Assembly: GCA_024405635.1 (NCBI GenBank)
Contig: JAKSOL010000002.1
Span: 96,001 to 160,000, forward strand
Source: Salinivirgaceae bacterium
Lineage (GTDB): Bacteria > Bacteroidota > Bacteroidia > Bacteroidales > SZUA-534
DNA length: 64,000 bases
Direction of reading: 5' to 3'
The notes below the pieces were generated by a model. It was not told the DNA's origin, did not search any database, and saw nothing but the letters and a program-made list of their open reading frames with translations. This document shows, one piece after another, positions 51,760 through 61,392 of the stretch (its first letter is position 1; the number at the start of each line of letters is the position of its first letter). Made by a program: the position numbers and the translations under genes.

Positions 51760-52293
51760 ATGCAAACTAAAACTGAACTGCGAAAATTGATGGCTGCCGA
51801 AAAACGTAAACTATCGGCAGAACAATGCCACGCGCAAGCCGAAAGTGTTTTTAGTAAGCTTGAGCAGATGGTGCAATTTAAGCAAGCTAAGGTTGTGGCA
51901 ACTTATTGGTCGTTGGCCGATGAGATTGATACTCATAGTTTTGTAGAGCGTTGGTGTAAAAGCAAAATTATTCTTCTGCCTATTGTGGTTGGTAACGATT
52001 TGGTTTTTCGCCAGTTCACAGGAGTGCAAAATATGCAAGTTGGGGCGTTTGGCATTTTAGAGCCCGTTGGTGGCGAATACAAGCAACTTTCTGATGTCGA
52101 TTTGATAGTTGTTCCTGGCGTGGCTTTTGATTCAGCCGGTAATCGCATGGGGCGTGGACGCGGTTTTTACGACCGAACATTGTCGGCAGTAAATTGCTTT
52201 AAGGTTGGTGTGGCTTACAATTGTCAGCATGTCGATTGCGTGCCTACTGAGCCAACCGACATAGCAATGGATGCGGTTTTGTTTGGCGAATAA
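51760..52293 (+). CDS. 5-formyltetrahydrofolate cyclo-ligase
   Basis: KTELR, EIDT, FGILEP, VPGVAFD, RMGRGRGFYDR. Confidence 0.93.
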   Translation: MQTKTELRKLMAAEKRKLSAEQCHAQAESVFSKLEQMVQFKQAKVVATYWSLADEIDTHSFVERWCKSKIILLPIVVGNDLVFRQFTGVQNMQVGAFGILEPVGGEYKQLSDVDLIVVPGVAFDSAGNRMGRGRGFYDRTLSAVNCFKVGVAYNCQHVDCVPTEPTDIAMDAVLFGE

Positions 52294-52349
52294 AAAAGAG
52301 AGATTGCTAATCTTGCATAAAATGAAGAGCAAGGCAATTGGCGGGGTGC

Positions 52350-52871
52350 CTATAGATAAATTTCAAGCAAACCGTCGGGTAATGTAACGTTAACGCTCCT
52401 TTTTCGGCGGTTAATATCATTGATAAAGTCGGGGTGGAAGGGTATTAAAACATTGTTACCGTTGTGATTAATAACCATAGTTGGATTTATGTCCATGTTT
52501 TCAAATCCATCAATGGAGCCAATGTTTCCGTGTTTTGTGTCGATGATGTTAAAACCAACTAGAATTTGCTCAGGTAATTCTTCTTCTTCAAATCCATCGA
52601 GCCAATCGTTGCTAACCAACACAGGGCAGCCAACAAGTTGAAGTGCTTTTTTTTCGTCGTTAACATCGTCGAATTTGATGCGTACGCGACGACCGCTATT
52701 TATTTTTGCCCATTCAACAAAAAAAGGAACCCGTAGTCCTTCTATTTCAAGGAATACGGGTTCGGTAATATCTTCGAGTATTTCGGGACTATCGGTTTCA
52801 ATCATAAGTTCGCCAGCAATGCCGTGAACTTTTACAACTTGACCAATAACCGAGCTGTCGTCAATACTCAT
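52350..52871 (-). CDS. rimM: Ribosome maturation factor RimM
   Basis: IGQVVKVHGIAGEL, LIPF, LPDGLL; directly downstream of rpsP; start set at ATG 52871. Confidence 0.92.
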   Translation of the reverse strand: MSIDDSSVIGQVVKVHGIAGELMIETDSPEILEDITEPVFLEIEGLRVPFFVEWAKINSGRRVRIKFDDVNDEKKALQLVGCPVLVSNDWLDGFEEEELPEQILVGFNIIDTKHGNIGSIDGFENMDINPTMVINHNGNNVLIPFHPDFINDINRRKRSVNVTLPDGLLEIYL

Positions 52872-52881
52872 GGCTGAAAAA

Positions 52882-53430
52882 TTATTCAGCAGCTGGAGTT
52901 TCAGCAGCAGTTTCTTCAGCAGGAGCCTCAGCGGCAGCCTCTTCAGCAGCAGCTTTTGCAGCAGCTTCAGCCTCAGCGCGTTTTTGAGCAATTTCAGCAG
53001 CGCGAGCTTCGTTAATTTTGCGTTCAGCCTCTACTTTTGCTTTTTTAGCGTCTTTTGCGTCAACAATGTTTTTGGTTTTTGCAGCAGCCAATTTGTCGTT
53101 CTTTTCAGAAACCCATTTTTCAAATTTAGCTTTAGCAGCAGCCTCGTCAAAGGCACCTTTTTTAACACCGTCAAGCAAGTGTTTCATAAGAAGAACACCC
53201 TTGGTTGAAAGAACCATACGAGCGGTTTCGGTTGGTTGTGCACCAACTTGTAGCCAATAAAGAGCACGATCGAAGTTAAGTTCAATTGTAGCAGGATTTG
53301 TGTTAGGATTGTACGAACCCAATTTTTCAATGAACTTACCATCTCGTGGCGCCCTGCTATCGGCAACAACAACGTGATAAAAAGCAGCTGCTTTTCTTCC
53401 GTGTCTTGACAATCTGATCTTTACAGACAT
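52882..53430 (-). CDS. rpsP: 30S ribosomal protein S16 with long Ala/Glu tail
   Basis: [31 protein letters not shown]. Confidence 0.97.
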   Translation of the reverse strand: MSVKIRLSRHGRKAAAFYHVVVADSRAPRDGKFIEKLGSYNPNTNPATIELNFDRALYWLQVGAQPTETARMVLSTKGVLLMKHLLDGVKKGAFDEAAAKAKFEKWVSEKNDKLAAAKTKNIVDAKDAKKAKVEAERKINEARAAEIAQKRAEAEAAAKAAAEEAAAEAPAEETAAETPAAE

Positions 53431-53774
53431 AGTTTTATTGTTTTAAATTGTTAAAAATTTTGAGCCGCAAATATAGTGCGTTTTTTTAGTTGAAAAACAT
53501 TGTTCTTGTTTTTATTTCAGCTTTTATAATTTTCAGTTTTAATTGCGCAGTTTTGATGCTGTATGTTGCTGATTGTGATGTTTTTATGTGGCGGTAAAAC
53601 AGAAAGTGTTATGCTCCGGTTTTTTGCGTTTGCTTTTTTATTTCGGCAGTTGTTGGTGTAATAATTTTTGAAAAGAATGTGCGTTTATTTAATTGGTAAT
53701 GTGAGTGGTTGACATGAAAAATGAAATAGTGAACATTGCCAAATATTTTACATTTGCCAAACAACCTTTAAAAT

Positions 53775-55766
53775 ATGAAACGTATAACCTTGTTGCTCTT
53801 TGCAATTGTATGCAGCACGAGAGCTTTTGCTCAGTTTGATATTGGACACTATTTGCGTGAGGGACATCGCGATATTACTAAATCGAACTACACAAGTGCA
53901 ATAAATCGTTTCAATACCATTATTCAAGTTAAGCCCGATATGTTAGAGCCTTACTATTTGCGCGGTTATTGCAAATTTAGGCTCGACGATTACATTGGTG
54001 CAATGCGCGATTTCCAGCGTGTTATTGAACTTAATCCATATTTTGCTGATGGATACCGTTTTAGGGGCATTATTAAAGTGATGCAGCAAGATTTTCATGA
54101 TGCAATGGAAGATTATGCACATGCCTTGGAACTCGACCCGTCAAATGCCGATATTTATGCTAGTCGAGGGTTTACGTATATCTCTATGAAAGAATACGAA
54201 AAGGCCATTGCCGATTTTAATCAAGCGTTAATCCTACGGCACGACATGTCGTCGGCGTACTTTCAGCGTGGTTATGCACGTTTGTGTACCGATGATGTAG
54301 ATGGTGCTATTGACGATTTTACTCGCGGCATAAAATTGAGCCCATATAGCCCCGACGGATACAGCCGTAGAGCTATGGCGCTTGCTATGAAAGAGGATTT
54401 TGAGCGTGCGCTGTCAGATATCGATCATGCAGTTGAAATTGACCCACAAGATGCATCGCTTTATTTTAACCGAGCTATTGTGCGTTACAAATCGAACAAC
54501 CTACAAGGCGCAATGGAAGATTATAACAAGGTGCTTGAACTAAATCCGAAAAATGCGCTTACGTTTTTCAACAGAGCTTTGCTTAATTACGAAATTGGTA
54601 ATGTTGAACAGTCTATTGCCGATTATTCGCAGGTAATTGAGTTAACTCCCAGCAACATTTTGCCATATTTTAACCGCGGATGCATAAAATTTGAGACGAA
54701 CGATTTTTATGGAGCTATTGAAGACTGGAGCCAAGCTATCAATATTTTCCCCGATTTTGCAAAAGCATATCAAGCTCGTAGTTCGGCACGGTTTCAGATA
54801 GGCGATGTGGCAGGTGCAATGAAGGATAAAAAAATAGCTGAACAAAAAATTGAAGAGTACCAAAAACGTCAAGGTGGCGATTCGTTGATGGCAGAATTTG
54901 TTGACACTTCGTACAATTTTCGAAAGGTTATTGAATTTGATAGCGATTTTTATCGAGCTAATGCCGACGATGGCGAGATTCAGAATAAAGAGGTTTCAAT
55001 AAATCTAAAACCAATGGTGGTACTAACCACTAAAAAGCCTGAGAATGACGGAATTGCTATTTATTTGGCAAACTTGGAGGAACTGAATAAAAACCAAAAT
55101 ATTGACCAACAAATTGTGTTTTCGGTTCAACCTTCGGTGTTGAGTGCCGATTCGGTGCGAATGTTGCTGAATAAAACCGAGCAAGCAAAATTGCAAAACG
55201 CGGGCGACCAGTTTCTTTACTTCTATCAAGGTTTGCTCAATAGCATGATGCAGAACTATAATCAATCGATAAAAGCTTATTCAACAGCAATTGATATTGC
55301 TCCCGATTTTTTGTTGGCGTACTTGAATCGTGCCGCAACTCGGTATATGATGATTGAATATATGAGTACGCTTAACGATTTTAAGCCTGTGATAACAATT
55401 GGTAACGACAACGCAGTGCCAGTTAAGCAAGCCGACACTCATCTTGAGGTTGAAAACGACTACTCGGCAGTGATTGAAGATTTGAATAAGGCAATAAATT
55501 TGAATCCACAAATGGGAGTCTCGTATTACAACCGAGGAAATGTGTTCTGTATGTCGCGTCAATTTACTGAGGCTATTGACGACTACACCCGTTCAATTGA
55601 AATAGGCCCTGCGTTGCCACAAGCATATTACAACCGAGGTTTGACGCTTATTTTTCTTGAAGATAAAGAAAAAGGCTGCTACGACATTAGCAAAGCTGGC
55701 GAGCTTGGCATTGACGATGCTTATGTGGTTTTGAAAAAGTATTGCAAGACAGGCCAAAAGAACTAA
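53775..55766 (+). CDS. Secreted tetratricopeptide-repeat protein
   Basis: Signal peptide and many 34-aa Y..RG......Y..A..D...A...P repeats in two blocks. Confidence 0.9.
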   Translation: MKRITLLLFAIVCSTRAFAQFDIGHYLREGHRDITKSNYTSAINRFNTIIQVKPDMLEPYYLRGYCKFRLDDYIGAMRDFQRVIELNPYFADGYRFRGIIKVMQQDFHDAMEDYAHALELDPSNADIYASRGFTYISMKEYEKAIADFNQALILRHDMSSAYFQRGYARLCTDDVDGAIDDFTRGIKLSPYSPDGYSRRAMALAMKEDFERALSDIDHAVEIDPQDASLYFNRAIVRYKSNNLQGAMEDYNKVLELNPKNALTFFNRALLNYEIGNVEQSIADYSQVIELTPSNILPYFNRGCIKFETNDFYGAIEDWSQAINIFPDFAKAYQARSSARFQIGDVAGAMKDKKIAEQKIEEYQKRQGGDSLMAEFVDTSYNFRKVIEFDSDFYRANADDGEIQNKEVSINLKPMVVLTTKKPENDGIAIYLANLEELNKNQNIDQQIVFSVQPSVLSADSVRMLLNKTEQAKLQNAGDQFLYFYQGLLNSMMQNYNQSIKAYSTAIDIAPDFLLAYLNRAATRYMMIEYMSTLNDFKPVITIGNDNAVPVKQADTHLEVENDYSAVIEDLNKAINLNPQMGVSYYNRGNVFCMSRQFTEAIDDYTRSIEIGPALPQAYYNRGLTLIFLEDKEKGCYDISKAGELGIDDAYVVLKKYCKTGQKN

Positions 55767-55901
55767 CATCTATACAGAAGTTTACTTTAGGTTTGTTTCT
55801 AATAACAAAATACCAAGAGTCGATAACATAACAACAAACAAAACTAACTAAGAGCGTTAAGTCTTATTCTTTTATAACAATTACGTAAAACATAAAGGAA
55901 T

Positions 55902-56177
55902 ATGAAAAGATTGATTTTAAGCGTAATGGTTGCAGTGTTGAGCATTAGCGCCATTGGACAAGTACATAATGGCCATGAATATGTTGACCTTGGGTTGCCA
56001 AGTGGCACACTTTGGGCAACTTGTAATGTGGGAGCCATCAATCCCGAAGATTATGGGTCATATTTTGTATGGGGCGAAACATCTCCGAAAGAAGTTTATT
56101 CAAAAGAAACATACGTGGATTGGAGCTACTATCCTCGCTACGGAGGGACCTCTGTTCGCCCTGTGTGCCAACCATAG
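55902..56177 (+). pseudogene. Internally deleted HEYVDLGLPSG-family (CLec/DUF1566-like, DGR-target-type) secreted protein
   Basis: Signal peptide and GHEYVDLGLPSGTLWATCNVGA..YGSYFVWGET join directly to the family C-terminus ..RYGGTSVRPVC; the central part is missing. Confidence 0.65.
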
Positions 56178-56199
56178 ATTGTTGTAAACTAAGCCATAC

Positions 56200-56235
56200 A
56201 AAGGCATTGTCAACAAACGGCAATGTCTTTTTTTT
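56200..56235 (+). terminator. Terminator after the short CLec-like gene
   Basis: AAAGGCATTGTC...GGCAATGTCTTT plus T-run. Confidence 0.7.
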
Positions 56236-56242
56236 GTTTCCC

Positions 56243-56421
56243 GTAGAGACGTCGCACGCGGCGTCTTTTCCCCCAAAAAAACAATGCAATGAGACGTGGC
56301 ATGCCGCGTCTCTACAGGCTTTGGTATGAGAAATTGAGGTTGTGGAGACGTCGCACGCGGCGTTTCCAAGATGCAAAAATGTAATTCCTCAAAACCGAGA
56401 CGTGACATGCCGCGTTTGTAC
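56243..56421. repeat. Cluster of four GTAG-type REP palindromes in alternating orientation (BIME/REPIN-like)
   Basis: GTAGAGACGTCGCACGCGGCGTCT (56243,+), GTAGAGACGCGGCATGCCACGTCTC (56291-56315,-), GTGGAGACGTCGCACGCGGCGTTTCCA (56342,+), GTACAAACGCGGCATGTCACGTCTC (56397-56421,-). Confidence 0.85.
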
Positions 56422-56437
56422 GGGATTGGGCGTGGAC

Positions 56438-56476
56438 AAAAAAAATCCACATTCCAGTTTTAACTGAAATGTGGAT
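56438..56476 (-). terminator. Terminator after the TonB-dependent receptor
   Basis: Minus strand ATCCACATTTCAGTT-AA-AACTGGAATGTGGAT plus T-run. Confidence 0.8.
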
Positions 56477-56512
56477 GGTTAACTATGCAGAAAAACCTAA
56501 AACTAACTTGGT

Positions 56513-59500
56513 TTAGAAGGCGAAGTTTACACCAATTGAGTACAAAGCTTTTTGAGGGTCGGTGTAAGCAAAGTCGCGTTTGCCGTTAGCAAACAAGTTG
56601 TTTGCGGTGCCAAACAATTCGCAGCCTTGCGACAATTTGTAACCAGCTTTAAGGTTCAAAATAAACTTAGCATCAAGGTCAACGGTGCCGCATGAGATTG
56701 ACATTGTGCGAGCGCTCATAAAGTTGCCGAATGCTGAGATGTTTATTTTGTCGGTAGGCTTGTAAATTAAACCAACTACGCCATAGAACGAAGGCGTGTC
56801 TTTGTGTTTGTGGTTGTTTTCAATTTTTTGTTCAGGAGCATTTGCACTGCCAAAGAAATAGTCGCCAGTTGTATGGTCTTTGCAAATTGAGTAGCTGTAA
56901 CTTACATAATAACCAGCAACTTGCGAGGCTTGGTATGTTTTGCCTGTTTCTTTGTCATTATAGCCAGTGCCAAAATAAGTTGCAGATTTAAGTCCTTTAA
57001 TCAATTTGGCTTTATGTTCATCTGTCATTTCGTTGAAATAACTCAATTCGTCAAAGGTTGGTGTGTAAACAAATGCATTTTCAATAAATGATTGCCTTAA
57101 TGCTTCAGGTCTTGCATTGAATTCGTCCATTAAGCCAGTAAGGTTCATTGCCGATTTGGTTGTGGCTGTAAATTGCTCTTTGATGTGTTTGGTTTGGTTA
57201 TACACAAAGTAGTTGTCAATAATGGTTCTTTGCCAGTTTGCATTAACCTTGGCAATAAGTTTCTTTGATATAATCCAGTCAACATTTACACTAACACCCA
57301 TTTGTTTTACCTTGTAGTCAAGTTGTTGGTAGCGCAAGTTCAATTTGCGGTCAAATTGTCCTAATGATGAAACAACTTGAACAGGGTCGCTGTAGTCGAT
57401 GTTGCCAGCCATAACATTGCCAAGAATTGTTATAAGGTTGGTAGAGTCGATTGCTAACATTGATTGTGCAGCAGCAAGGCGACCGTAGTCTTTACTCCAA
57501 GAGTTATAAAATTCGGCATCAATCAAAAGTTGTTGAGTTGGTTTCCAACGGTAACCAAGTTCAATTCCGTGAATGCTAGCCAAATCAGACTCTGGAGTAC
57601 CAAGTAATTGAATAATGTTAGGGTCGCTCATGCCTTCGCGAACCCATTTGAAGTTTGATTTTGTGTTGGCAAACACTGGCGCGCGGTTAGATTTGCCGTA
57701 AACAAAACGAACAAAGTTGTTTGTGTTGATTTGGTAGTTTGCTGCAAATTGCCACGATGGATTCCATTTGTCGGGAGCATCGGTTTTGTCAACATGGCCG
57801 CAACCAATTAAACGTAAACCTCCAATTTTATAGTCGAGGCGCAAACCTGCACCAAATACCGACATTTTAGCGCTCGATGAGTTTAAGAAACCTGAGCTCA
57901 GGTATGTATCATCGTCGTTATCAACATCTTTATAGTGTAAGTATTGGTAGCTTAGGGCTGGGGTAATGTCCAAACCTTTCCATGTGTGTGTGTATTCGGC
58001 TGAAGCATTTAAGTTGTTGTAGGTAACCGAAAAACTGGGGAAACCTACAATAAAGTCTTGTGGACCACCTGTGTAGCTTACTGCAATGTTTGCTCCGTAA
58101 ATGTTACTATTAAGATTTGCGTAGTAGTTATCAAAACGGCGATAGGTAAGAGCCAATGGCCAGTCGCTGATTGCGGTGTTGGCGTCGTATGCATGATGGT
58201 ATCCGCCCGAAAGGTCAAAACGAACATCGTTGTTGGGGTTGTATGACAAATAAGCGTTGAAACCTTCGGCTTCGCGCGAGCGCTCTGGATCTTCAAAAGC
58301 GTCGTCAATGTTTACTTGACCAAACAAGTTTTTGAATTGATAACTGTTGGCTAATGCGCTAAAATCGTTTTTTATTGCAGGTGCGCTATATGCTGCGAAT
58401 GAGTTCAACTCTTCGATGCTTGCATCACCAAGTCCAAATTTGTCAAGAAGTCCCATTTCTTTAAGTTGAGGAAGCATTGCTTGAACGGTTTTGGTAATTT
58501 CTGCATCGGACATGCTAGCGTTTATTTTGTTGGGGAACATAGATGCCAGAGTTTTAATGCCCGAAAGGATGGTGTACATTGTGCTTAATCCGGCATCGTT
58601 ATAAGCGTCGCGCATGTTTTTAATTTCAACTTTGGTAAATGCTCCACCATTTTTTACGCTAATTAAACGGCCTGCGTTAATCATACTTTGAAGCGAGTCG
58701 GCCGAGAAAGGAACATTGTTTGCTGGGTTGTAGTAAGCCGAGCCTTCTGGTTGAATGTAATAGTCGTTGCCAGAATAGTCGTCTTGAGGGTAAAGGTGTA
58801 TTTTGTTAGTAACACGATCGCGGCGTTGCATGTTTACCGACAAACCAACCGATAGTTTGTTGTTAATGGCTTTGCGAACGGCTACTTCGCCGTTCATTGT
58901 GTTGTAGTTGCCCATTTTGAATTGTCCCGAAACAATTTTAGAGTCAACGCTTGGTTTTTCGGTTACAATGTTGATTACGCCAGTAACAGCGCCCATGCCA
59001 TATAAAGCGGAAACGGCACCGCGAACAACCTCAATTTGAGCAATATCTTCAATTGAAACAGGAATCATGTCCATATTGGTAGAACCCATGCCTTGGTTTT
59101 GCAATGGGCGGCCATCAACCATTAAAATAGTGTTTGAGTTTTCGGTGTAAAGGCACCAGTGGTTGTCAGGAATGTTGTTCAAACCACGTAGTTGAACGTC
59201 GTATATACCATTGTATTTTTCAGAAACGATAACGCCAGGCACAAAACGTAGGGCCTCTTCAATGGTGCTTACACCATAAGAGCGCAACTCGTCGCGGGTA
59301 ATAACGGTTGACGAAAGTGGAGAAGTAAAAGCGCTCTCCTCTTTTTTTGATGCTGACGACACATTTTTATTCATAATCATGGCAAAAAGCTCGTCAACAC
59401 TGCTAACTCCAAGTGTTTCGGCTGCGGCCATAAGTTGGTCAAAAGGAAGGTCTGACAACTCCTCGAAACTCATGCTTAATATTTGGTCGCGAGTTAGTTG

Positions 59501-59566
59501 TTGTTCTTGTGCCGATACAGTTGTTGCTAAAGTAAGCGCAAGTATGGCAATTAGTATTTTTTTCAT
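56513..59566 (-). CDS. TonB-dependent receptor (YfiR-associated type) with large insertions
   Basis: Signal peptide, VSSASKKEE, plug motifs (EALRFVPGV, LRG, VDGR, IEVVRG..SALYG..A.TGVINI), C-terminal GVNFAF. Confidence 0.9.
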   Translation of the reverse strand: MKKILIAILALTLATTVSAQEQQLTRDQILSMSFEELSDLPFDQLMAAAETLGVSSVDELFAMIMNKNVSSASKKEESAFTSPLSSTVITRDELRSYGVSTIEEALRFVPGVIVSEKYNGIYDVQLRGLNNIPDNHWCLYTENSNTILMVDGRPLQNQGMGSTNMDMIPVSIEDIAQIEVVRGAVSALYGMGAVTGVINIVTEKPSVDSKIVSGQFKMGNYNTMNGEVAVRKAINNKLSVGLSVNMQRRDRVTNKIHLYPQDDYSGNDYYIQPEGSAYYNPANNVPFSADSLQSMINAGRLISVKNGGAFTKVEIKNMRDAYNDAGLSTMYTILSGIKTLASMFPNKINASMSDAEITKTVQAMLPQLKEMGLLDKFGLGDASIEELNSFAAYSAPAIKNDFSALANSYQFKNLFGQVNIDDAFEDPERSREAEGFNAYLSYNPNNDVRFDLSGGYHHAYDANTAISDWPLALTYRRFDNYYANLNSNIYGANIAVSYTGGPQDFIVGFPSFSVTYNNLNASAEYTHTWKGLDITPALSYQYLHYKDVDNDDDTYLSSGFLNSSSAKMSVFGAGLRLDYKIGGLRLIGCGHVDKTDAPDKWNPSWQFAANYQINTNNFVRFVYGKSNRAPVFANTKSNFKWVREGMSDPNIIQLLGTPESDLASIHGIELGYRWKPTQQLLIDAEFYNSWSKDYGRLAAAQSMLAIDSTNLITILGNVMAGNIDYSDPVQVVSSLGQFDRKLNLRYQQLDYKVKQMGVSVNVDWIISKKLIAKVNANWQRTIIDNYFVYNQTKHIKEQFTATTKSAMNLTGLMDEFNARPEALRQSFIENAFVYTPTFDELSYFNEMTDEHKAKLIKGLKSATYFGTGYNDKETGKTYQASQVAGYYVSYSYSICKDHTTGDYFFGSANAPEQKIENNHKHKDTPSFYGVVGLIYKPTDKINISAFGNFMSARTMSISCGTVDLDAKFILNLKAGYKLSQGCELFGTANNLFANGKRDFAYTDPQKALYSIGVNFAF

Positions 59567-59594
59567 TGTTGATAGTAAGTTGCTTGTTTTTTTG

Positions 59595-60101
59595 TTAATC
59601 TACTGATTTTCCCAGTTGTAGGAGTTGCGATGAAACATCAAGTCCGCATTTTTCAATGTTGGCTTTTGATATTTCGTACTTAAGTTTTTCGCCTTCGGTA
59701 ACAAACGAAATACCAGCACCGTTAGCGCAATGTCCGCCTTTGTCGCTCACAATAAGCACGCGGTTGCCTTTTTGCGAGTTTACTAACTGACCAATTTGAC
59801 CAGCTTTTGAAGCGTCGAGGTAAATAATGTCGCTTTTTGCAACGTCGGCAAGAGTGGCCGCATCTTTAACAATCACGGTGCGGTTGCCAATTTTACGGGT
59901 TTGCGACAGTTTCTTCAACTCGCCTGATAGGGCAGTGTTTGAGATGATTGTGACCACAAGGTCTTTTGAGTTGTCAATTTCGGGCCAACCAATGTTTTTG
60001 GCAAAGTTGTAAATGTAAAGCGCCTGAAACTGAGTTAGGCCTTGAGCATAAACTGTTGATGTCCCCAAAACCATGAATAGGACGAAAAGAATTTTTCGCA
60101 T
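59595..60101 (-). CDS. YfiR/HmsC (DUF4154) family periplasmic protein
   Basis: Signal peptide, ALYIYNFAKNIGWP, GISFV...LKYEIS, GLDVSSQLLQL. Confidence 0.85.
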   Translation of the reverse strand: MRKILFVLFMVLGTSTVYAQGLTQFQALYIYNFAKNIGWPEIDNSKDLVVTIISNTALSGELKKLSQTRKIGNRTVIVKDAATLADVAKSDIIYLDASKAGQIGQLVNSQKGNRVLIVSDKGGHCANGAGISFVTEGEKLKYEISKANIEKCGLDVSSQLLQLGKSVD

Positions 60102-60145
60102 GTTTGTTAGTATTAGTGAATAATAATATTCGATTTTTCGGGATG

Positions 60146-60153
60146 CAAAATTA
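60146..60153 (-). promoter_or_regulatory. -7 box (TAATTTTG) for the yfiR-like/TBDR operon
   Basis: TAnnTTTG about 45 bp upstream of the start, at the edge of an AT-rich intergenic region. Confidence 0.5.
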
Positions 60154-60437
60154 AATTATTTATTTATAGTAATGTCTGCTGGTTTTATTGTGTTTATGCT
60201 GATATTATTCATTTTATTATCATTTTCAATTCATTGAAATATTGTATTTTATCTCATTGGTTGATTGTTAAATGTCTGATATATAAGTATAAAGGCTTAT
60301 TTGTGTTAATCGTTTTAATGTTTTGCCTATTTAAACAGGATAGAAGTGTATTTGTTTAGGTTTTTTGTCAAAATTTATTTGTATAAATATTTATTATTTA
60401 TGAATAAATATGCAATACTTTTGCTGTGAAACAGACA

Positions 60438-60475
60438 AAAAAACGCCTATTCATTTTTATGAATAGGCGTTTTTA
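60438..60475 (-). terminator. Terminator after the SRPBCC gene
   Basis: AAAAACGCCTATTCAT...ATGAATAGGCGTTTTT perfect stem. Confidence 0.85.
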
Positions 60476-60492
60476 TTGTGATGATTTTGTTT

Positions 60493-60891
60493 TTAGATGC
60501 GTTCCAGATTGTCAACTATCGAGTTTACAAATTTTGTAAGAGGCCCTTTTGCTACCGCACCCAAAAGCATGTTAAGTTCAGCGTCGAGTGTAACTTTTAC
60601 GGCCGAGTCGGTTTCTTGAAATTCTTTCATTTGAATCCACATTGTAAATTTTATGGAGCTATCTTCGGTGGCCGCAATTTTTACGGTTTTAAAAGGCTCG
60701 CGGTCAATTACACGCATTCCAAAGTGCCCAGCGTTGTTAATGTCAAACGAGCAAGAGTCTTCGGTTACTTGTAGGTTGCTTATTTTGTCTTGGGGTAACA
60801 TGTTAGTACTTAGTCGGTTAAAGTCCGACAATGCGGCATAAATTGTTTGTGGGGTTCGGCGAACGTGACCAATTCGGCTTTCTATTCTCAT
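60493..60891 (-). CDS. SRPBCC/CoxG-like (START-fold) protein
   Basis: IYAALSDFN, ELNMLLGAVAKGPL..FVN pattern; start set at ATG 60891. Confidence 0.75.
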   Translation of the reverse strand: MRIESRIGHVRRTPQTIYAALSDFNRLSTNMLPQDKISNLQVTEDSCSFDINNAGHFGMRVIDREPFKTVKIAATEDSSIKFTMWIQMKEFQETDSAVKVTLDAELNMLLGAVAKGPLTKFVNSIVDNLERI

Positions 60892-60919
60892 AATTAAAGT
60901 GTTTTGTGGTTGGAGTTTA

Positions 60920-61375
60920 TCAGTAGTCTTTTTGTTTACTATCAATAATAATGGTAACGGGCCCATCGTTAATTAGTTCCACGTCCATCATGGCGCCAAA
61001 GCGGCCGGTACCAACTCTGCATCCGGAGGCTTTGCCTATTTCGGCAATAAATTGTTCGTATAAGGGTATTGCAATTTCGGGTCTAGCTGCGCGAATGTAC
61101 GACGGACGGTTGCCTTTTGCGGTTTGAGCAAACAATGTAAACTGCGATACAACTAAAATTTCGCCCCCTACGGTTGCAACATCAAGGTTCATTACTCCTT
61201 TTTCGTCGTCAAAGATGCGTAGTTTGCTAATTTTTCCCACAAGGTAATTTAGGTCGTCGGTTGTGTCATCTGGAGCAACTCCTAGCAGAATCATCATTCC
61301 GTGGTTTATTGACGAAACTATTTCTCCGTCAATAGTTACGCTTGATTGTTTTACTCGTTGAATTACAGCGCGCAT
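60920..61375 (-). CDS. dtd: D-aminoacyl-tRNA deacylase
   Basis: MRAVIQRV, LRIF, VSQFTL, GNRPSY, FGAMM, NDGPVT. Confidence 0.97.
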   Translation of the reverse strand: MRAVIQRVKQSSVTIDGEIVSSINHGMMILLGVAPDDTTDDLNYLVGKISKLRIFDDEKGVMNLDVATVGGEILVVSQFTLFAQTAKGNRPSYIRAARPEIAIPLYEQFIAEIGKASGCRVGTGRFGAMMDVELINDGPVTIIIDSKQKDY

Positions 61376-61392
61376 ATTTTTTGAGAGGTTAG

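Noticed and set aside
52870-53260. Plus-strand ORFs and GCA/TTCAGCAGC repeats over rpsP
   Set aside because: Antisense shadows of the Ala/Glu-rich S16 tail.
56038-56450. ORFs 56038-56376, 56069-56329 and 56100-56450
   Set aside because: Their repeated peptides (DAACDVST, ETPRATS) are translations of the REP palindromes.
60102-60437. Very AT-rich intergenic region as a possible origin or att site
   Set aside because: No DnaA-box cluster, iterons or clear direct repeats seen; consistent with a promoter region.
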